Below, in pieces: positions 56,641 through 64,000 of a stretch of 64,000 nucleotides of DNA (positions are counted from its first letter, which is position 1; the number at the start of each line of letters is the position of its first letter). The notes below the pieces were generated by a model, which worked only from the letters and a program-made list of their open reading frames with translations, was not told the DNA's origin and searched no databases. The DNA is from Cyanophora paradoxa CCMP329 (lineage: Eukaryota > Plantae > Glaucophyta). The position numbers were made by a program, and so were the translations under genes. The stretch is from positions 310,001 to 374,000 of the forward strand of contig QPMI01000039.1 in the NCBI GenBank assembly GCA_004431415.1, given 5' to 3'.

Positions 56641-56860
56641 CTGTAGGACGGCTTTTTTAGCCGTAGTTTTAAATTGCCGTAAATTGCCGAGAATCCCGAG
56701 ATGCCGAATTCGGCAATTCTAAACATCGGCAATGTTGCTGGGGGTCACCCGGGTAGCTATAGAGGCTTTCTTAGGCCGCCATAGAGCGAAAGCCTGGCAT
56801 GGATTCGGCAATTTATCGCCACGGCAATTCCGGTTTTGGGCGAAATCGGCAATTTTAATG
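56641..56860 (-). mobile_element. Second, inverted and truncated copy of the same MITE
   Basis: TA|CTGTAGGACGGCTTTTTTAGCCGT... is the reverse complement of the first copy's right end. Confidence 0.7.
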
Positions 56861-57760
56861 CGGAGAAGCGGTACTACCGTAGTACCGTACTACGGTAGTA
56901 CGATCACACACGGCGGTATACCGTATACGTAGATACTACTAGGCTAGCCCTAGTAGTATCATAGTATCATACTGCTGCAGTTACAGTGCAGTATCATAGT
57001 ATGATAGAGCGTTCGCGCTGATCATCATGGCATGAGCGCCCTGAGGCTTGAGCGGCTGAGCGAGCCGCTGATCATGAGGAGCCTGAGGCAACTTGGCAAC
57101 AGGCTGGCAGCTGAATATATATATATATTAATTCGAAGGTCACATGTGCCGCAGGCTGACTACCGGTAGTACGGTACTAGTACCAGTACATGTACAGTAC
57201 TAGTAGTACCGTAGTACTAGTACTCATGACTTATGAGTCATTAGTAGGACTCATTACTCGGCCCGCGCGCGGATGATCATGCCATGATGATGGTCAGTCA
57301 CTGAGTGCACTGTGCACGTGATAGCAGCCTGCCAGGCTGCAGCCGCCGGCGCGGAGGCTCACGTTACGAGTCACGTACCGTACGCGTGCACTGTAGCTTT
57401 GCTAGTACGGCACTGTTCGGGTTTGCCAAGTTGCTCACCGTCCGTGCACGAGCCCGCGGCGCCGGCCGATCGCCGCGTACCGCGCACGTGAACCCCAGCC
57501 TCAAAGAGCGGGTCCGCGGCCGGGAATCCGGGATCCGGCTCCAGCGCAGCGGCTGCAATTGCAAGCTTCAGTTCATGATCAACGGTTTGCTGCGCATGCA
57601 CTGCGAAGCCCCCGCCCGGGCGTGCACGTGGAGACGGGACTGCTGATCTTCTTCGGAAGATCCAAACTTCGAAATTTTCAGCAACTTCGCTCATTAATTA
57701 GCATTGCATTGGCTCAGGCGGCCCGGCGCCGGCGGCGCTTCTATACACCACAGCTGCACA

Positions 57761-60396
57761 ATGCGGTCCGGGATCCGTAGATCCAACTGTGGACTGCCAA
57801 CAGTGTACGCGAGCCGAGCTCGAGCGCGGCCGAGCAACTTGCCTCTCCTTGTGCTGGCAGTCTCCCTCCTGTCCTTGGGGGGCCTCCGCGTCTGCTCCGC
57901 TGCCGGTGCGTCACCAGTCAACGGCTCCGGTCGCGAAGACTCTGAGACGAGAAACTGAACAAACGACTGCAGTTGTGATAGCGAGCGTATCTCCCGTTCG
58001 GGGCTCGGTATTGGGAGGCACGTGGGTGAGTGCGCGCGCCGAAGCGTCGCGTGGCCGCTGCTAACGGCCATTGGTGCTGCAAGGTGACGATCACGGGCAC
58101 GTCATTTTCGCAATACAACGGAAGTCTCGAATCCAAAAACGACGTGTATATCGGGAGGACTCTTGAAAGTCTCCCGGCCGCTCTGACCGACGACATCCTG
58201 CTTCTGCCTTTGACAGCGCCTGTGGTAATTTTTCAAAGCGTGTCCACGTGCATTCCGGTGCGCGGATGGCATAGTCTGCTATGGCTAGCTATAGCGCTTG
58301 TGCCCTTATCGATCCGATCAGAATGAGGATCTGTGCACGACGGAGAGGATTATATGCGAGATGGCAGAGGGTCTTCCGGGGGAGGAAACGACGGTGCGCG
58401 GCCTACTGTGCCTCGCTTCTTTTATATGGCAGAATTCGAAGCATGGTTCGCAATTGCAATTTCTGACGGGAACATACTGCGCAGGGGCTGGACGTAGCAG
58501 TGCGCCGTACTGTTGCAGGCTGGGACCCTATTTACGCAGCCTTTTGATTCGCGTACGCGTTGCCGCAAGGTTCTGGTCGACGGCGCCGACGTGGCAGTCA
58601 AGACGTCGGCGTACTCTTTCATGCTGGGTGAGCATTAATATTAGCCGTCGTCCTTTCTGAGCGTAAGAAGCGGCTCATGGCTCATGGTCTTGTGCCGCAG
58701 TTCAGACGCCTGTGGTGGACGCCTTGAACGCTTCCGCTGTCATAGTGAGAATTCCTCGCTCGCTTCTAGATCTGGAGCTACCGGTACCAGTACCTCGCTT
58801 ACTGTAGCTGCACGCATTCGTGCGCAGTTCGATGACGCGATCAACTTGCGATTCAAGGTCTGGGCAAAACCAGGAGCTTGAGGCTTAAGCGCTAGCGTCG
58901 CTTTTCCTCGATCGCTGCACGCCTTAGTTATTAATTCAAATACTGACGGATGCTTCCGTCGAGCAGAATCCCACAGCAGACGGGCTCGGCTTGAACCACG
59001 ATTACATCTGGGATGACGCGGTTGAGCGAGGCAGGTTCAACTTGACGGCTGGAGACGGGCGCGTCGAGTTCTACGATGCGTGCGTTTCCACGCAGCCGCG
59101 GCATGCACAGCGCGGTGCCTATTTTTAACCGCAATTGCAAGCGCAGCCTGAACAGGAGGGCTTTTGGGGCTGGATGGTCAGTGAAAGCTTGGGGGGGGGG
59201 GGGGGGGGGGGGGGGGATTCGGAGGAGGAGTGCAAGAAAAAGGGGGGCGAGGAGGGCGAGTGGGGGGGCGGGGCGGGGGGGGGGGGGGGGGGGTGGAGGG
59301 AGGTGCGGGGGCGGGGGATTTCCATCCTCTGACGTATTTTGCGTACAGGTCTCTAACCGGTCGAGTTGGACTCATCACTGGAGGAAGCTACAAGCTCCGG
59401 TCACTCTCCAGTCGCTGTTTCTGATCCCCACAAAATCTCTGATCATGAGTACACGGCAGCTTCCGTTACACGTACAACTACGATATCGACGGAGATAGAA
59501 TCGTACGAGGATTCGGATTCGCCAGAGCTGTCGGTGCTTTGAATCGCGTGAATGGTGCCGGCGAACTCTACAACTTCCAGGTCTGCGCTCATAATTATGC
59601 ACGGGCCGGCGCCCGGGTCGAGCGATGTCGTTTCTTTGATCGCCGCATCCTACCGGAAGGTCGCGGCGCTGGTGCAATCAATCTCTGCTAAGAGGTCCTC
59701 TCTGCTCGGCGGCTTGGTCGTCACCATCAACGGCCAGGTGTGGTTTCGAGGCTGCGATGCAGAATTCCGTCTGACACTGACACTTACTGCGTTTCTCATG
59801 ATCAGGGATTTTCGCCGAACTCGGACATCCTCCGGGTGTACGCGGCGGGACAGCCGTGCACCATCCTCTTCTCGAGCTATGAGGTGATCGTCTGCCGCAC
59901 AATGCCGGGAGCGGCCAAGACCGGCACTGCAGCTCACTTCGACGGGCCGCGAGGAATCGTGCGCATGCGTTATGTACACTGGATCTCGATACACCGGAGG
60001 AACGTTTCCTAAGCGTTTCGTGTGCATCGCAGATCTATCAACAATATCTAAGGCCATCAACCGGTTCTTTCTCAAGTCCCGAGCATTACAAGAGTCTCGC
60101 GACATACCCCTCGAAGCCGGACGCAACGTACCTGCTGGTACAGGAGCACTTCATCTCAAACGGGGTGGTCGGGGCGCACAGGTGCGCAAACTGCGCGCCC
60201 CCGGGGCCCGACCAGCGCACTTTTATGCTCAAATTTTGACCCTTGCTAATTGCATGCGTATAACAGAATGACGACCTGGTTTACAGCACCGGAAACGACA
60301 GGCTACACCTTTTACTACTGTGCGCAGTATCGAAGTTGATACACATATATGCATCTAGATCTTGATCTAGAGGGTCGACTTTGGAATTTAAATGCT

Positions 60397-60442
<46 letters not shown>

Positions 60443-63400
60443 CAAGCGTGAGGGGCTTACATTCTTCTTTTTCGACTTTGCGCGCAGCGTCCGACGATTA
60501 CGGGGAGCTCTACATCGCGAGGTCCGCGGTTGATTTAATTTAATTAATTTATAATGTGTCTTTGCGAACTGGCCAACTGCATATAGCTAGTTCCATATAT
60601 ATGCCTGCAGCTGGGTGGGGAGTTGCTCTCATTTCCGCTCGCCTCCGTTCTTAAGCTTGTCTTCTCAGCTCTCCGGAGGAGGCAGCCGGCGCCTCGTCCC
60701 CAACGCTTTTTAACAAGAATTGGGGCGCCAAGGGCGTGTATAAGACCGAAACCAACAATATTCAGGCGCGCCATTGGACGCAACTCGTCGATTTCACTTG
60801 TTCTAAAGCTTGTCGCTGATCATGGAGATTCACGTTGCGATGCCAACTGGCAGGTCTCTAAGAAGTACGAGCTCCAAAAGGGCCAGAAACTGTACCTTCA
60901 AAGTCTTATGACGAGTGATGGAGGTATCTTAAACTCTTCAGGATATCTAAGAAAAACGTTTTTTATGCGGCGTATGTATAAATGCCTCTCCAGGAAATAT
61001 GTTCCAGGAGGTTGCCGTCAAGATGGGCTTCATGCCTTTCAACAAGAAAGACAACCCCAAGGCCGTAGATGAACATCAGGTCCGGCATCTCGGCCTATCG
61101 GGCAGAACACGCTGGCAATGTCGATGCGGAATGTTGACTTCGATTTCGCAGCGATTGACCGTGACTTGGACCCCTCAAGGCGATAGGCAGACGATCGATG
61201 CGTCGAGCGCTTCTGCAGGGGCGACCATGGTTCTCGCGCTCGAGGGCCGGACGGAGTCTGTCTCTGCCGAGGCGACGGCCGACGAAATGAGGGCGGCCGT
61301 CGCCGCGATAGCGATGCCCATCAGTCGCAATAGCGCAGCGTCGTACGGCGAGACCATGCCCTCAAGCAGCTTCCTTTTCATCGACACCATGGAAGGCAAC
61401 GACAGACCCTCGCACCTCAGCGGCGGCGGAAGCACTGCCGTCGACATAACCACGAGTTTCCGGGGGGCGTCTTCGACCAAGTTCGTGTTTGCCAGCGACG
61501 GGTGCGTAATTTGTATCGCGTCGACGTCGATTATGATCATAACGCAAACGCACTACCGTTCATGATCAGCTCACAATACTGATCGCTGTTTCAGCTCTGC
61601 TCAAGTGGTAAATCCGGACAACGGCTGGCGCGCAGCTCTGATGGCCTCCTACAACACGAGCGATTACCCTGTCTGGTGAAACATTATGAAATGCCATTGA
61701 TGTTCTAGCCGTTGCGGTTCTTTAAACTGCGGTGATGCCTCACGCTCCGATTTTCGCAGGTGCATGGCCTACCGACTTGCTCCAGGTTCGAAGGCGAACA
61801 TGATCAGTGCGTTTCGCTTTCTGAAACGATTTCGAGTTCTCAAGCAGTCTACAAATTAAACATTCGGCATGCTGACTACGCCCGTAGTCAAAACGGACAA
61901 GGGTTGGTTCAGCGTACGGCTCAACCTGCCCGTCAACAGGTATGAGACTGCAGACAGCGCGACGTACGCGTAGTTCGCCTTTCTTCTTAAGTTTGAGTTG
62001 CGGTCGAAACAGTGATGCCGCTACCTACAAAGAGGCGGCAAACTGGGGAGCTATCACTGACGATGACCAGTGGCACTACACGTGCATCGATATCGATGCG
62101 CAGGTGATTAAGGCCATACGGATTCGCTTCTTGCAATTGCTTTCCCGCTCAGACAGTCCTCTTTAATTGCTCTGCAGCTGCGCGCAAGCCCCAGAGTTGG
62201 GAGATCCTCCAAGGTCAACGGCATACTGATCCACGCTCCTCTGGATAATTTCAACGTTATGACGGGGACTATGTGGATCGACGATTTCAGCGTCTCCGTC
62301 TATCCGCCCGGCTGGATCCGGGATGTCGCCGTCTCCCTCTCCGGCAGGCAGTACACTGTCACGTTCAGCACATGCGCCCCCGTCCCGCTCCTCTCTGTCA
62401 GCAGCGTCAGCGCGGGGACCGCCACTGTGACAAAAGCCCGCGCTGGGGGTGCGGACGGCAAGATGGCCCTTTCCGCGCCCGGTCGCCTGAGCGCCACTGC
62501 GCCCATCGCCCTCGAGGCTACTGCTGCGGAAGTTGCGGCCGCATTTCTGGGTGTTGGCGCGAATGTGTCCGTATCTCGCACTGGCTACTGCTTCAAGAGT
62601 ACATTTGATGTAAGCTGCTTGCAATTGGCTGATTCTAGATTTAGACCTCGAGCCCGAATTCGAAGATCTGATCGTGATATACGCTTGCAATTTTGCACGT
62701 TTGAACGTGCACAGATAACCTTCATCAACATACCAGGGGACGTTCCTCCCCTGAGCGCGACCATCTCGGACTCTCCTGCGGAGGTCGCGGCCTCGACTTC
62801 CGTGACTGAAATTGCTAGCGGAGGCTTTGTGGACTACATACCTGGAGAATTCCTGTCCACACCCGGCGCGTATATACGTATACAATATACACGCTCGTGT
62901 AACTGTGCGAGGTCGACGTCTGACAGTGCGCTTGCGCTTATATATGAACGTACAGAGGTCTTACCTCAACTCCTCGTGGAAGTGAACGGCCTGCGCGCGG
63001 GCTGCGGGCGGAACGGGAGCCTCGTCGCCTCGTGTGACTTCGACTACTCGGAAGGTGCCGCAGCCGCCTTGCGCTCGCGCTCAAGTACGACGGGCGCCCA
63101 CTGAGACTGCCGGCGCCGCTTCTCAGCTGCCACGCCTGAGCTGTCGGCGACGACACCAGCGTCCGGTGCGATGCTCTCGCCGCTGATTAATATAAAATTC
63201 CGTCTTTTCGAGATGACGGCCATGGCCAGGCCTTGCCGGGACGACAATCACCATCACCGGCGACTTCAAGGATCTTGACGCGGGCGCGACTTGGGACGTG
63301 GACATCCAGCTAAGCATCGACGACGACGCGGACATCGCGGCCGTCCCGGCGCGCCGCCGCCTGCAGGGGCACGATCGCGAGCTCGAGCTCGAGGAAGAGC

Positions 63401-64000
63401 CGCGGGACCCAAGGGAAGTTCACCTTGCGGAGCACCGGCCTGCAGATCCCAAGCCGGAGACCGGGTCTTACCGCAAGTACATGCATATGCAGCCTGCACG
63501 TGCACCGTCACCGCGCAACGCCGCTATGAACCACGGAGACCCGCGCATTTACACGGCTCCTGCAGCGAGCTCGAGGATGCCCTCCACGGTGCCGGAGAAG
63601 CTCACGCGCATGTCTCGCATCGTTCGATCGAATTCCGGCACCATTCCGGGTGCTGAAATTGAGCACCCCGCGGAGGAGAACCCACTGGCGTTTGTCTCCA
63701 AGATCATGAACCCGCAGACGGAGCCGGCGACGGCGCCCGTTTCGGATCCAGCGCAATCTCCATCGATACCGTTCGCTTCTGGAGACGAGTCTGCTCGTGA
63801 GACTTCGACAGGCGTCTCTAGAGGTCGCGAGCTCCAGGCTATCGCACGGCCGGACACGTACCCTAGTGCGCCCTTCACCGCCGACGAGAAATCGAAGATC
63901 ATCGCGTACATCAACGAGCTACGGGATCTACACAGCGCCCCGCCTGTGGTCTGGGATGATACGTTGGCAGGGTGCGCTGTACTGTCATTGCGCTGACGGC
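57761..64000 (+). CDS. Large secreted multi-exon protein with IPT/TIG and PA14-like domains (fibrocystin-L-like), followed by the start of a CAP/SCP domain; runs off the window
   Basis: Signal-like LPLLVLAVSLLSLGG; VTITGTSFS; SSLLGGLVVTINGQ-GFS; ASDDYGELYI; YELQKGQKLYL; WHYTCID; IIAYINELRDLHSAPPVVWDDTLAGCA. The start and exon joins are uncertain. Confidence 0.65.

Noticed and set aside
56480-57320. Dense short palindromes (GTAC, CTAG, CATG) as a structured RNA or array
   Set aside because: Low-complexity sequence with no consistent unit or conserved fold that I can support.
59191-59300. Long poly-G tract as a functional G-quadruplex
   Set aside because: Similar G/C homopolymers are scattered through host introns and their lengths are unreliable in assemblies.

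Overview
Eukaryotic, GC-rich, intron-rich protist-like genomic DNA. A complete endogenous Polinton-like/Maverick DNA virus occupies 737..34573 (33,837 bp). It has 1,044-bp terminal inverted repeats and a 6-bp target-site duplication (CGGCGC), and it sits inside an exon-like ORF of the host. The virus encodes two divergent penton-like minor capsid proteins, a double-jelly-roll major capsid protein with NCLDV-like motifs, an A32-type packaging ATPase, an AEP primase-PriCT-SF3 helicase, a protein-primed PolB and an RVE integrase. It also encodes a patatin-discoidin fusion, a 1951-aa modular fibre with an S74 chaperone, two paralogous fibre-like proteins, a DUF723-like zinc ribbon, a Dam-like adenine methyltransferase and a prokaryotic-type S-adenosylmethionine decarboxylase. 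About 6.29 kb of the virus (3866..10160) is tandemly duplicated; the only differences I found between the copies are homopolymer indels. The main unusual points are: perfect 28-bp hairpins at both termini; a pPolB whose proofreading domain appears destroyed while its polymerase motifs are intact; a ~230-bp G/C-tract module present five times (twice per TIR, once internally); and a SAM-decarboxylase/Dam pair whose decarboxylase 3' end lies inside the TIR. The host part (34574..64000) contains Pus1/TruA, Rheb, a bHLH-ZIP factor, a repeat zone (minisatellite, Helentron-like elements, MITEs) and the 5' part of a large secreted IPT/PA14 protein. Several GC-AG introns are visible. All family assignments come from motif recognition by eye, not database searches, and the host species cannot be identified from this window.
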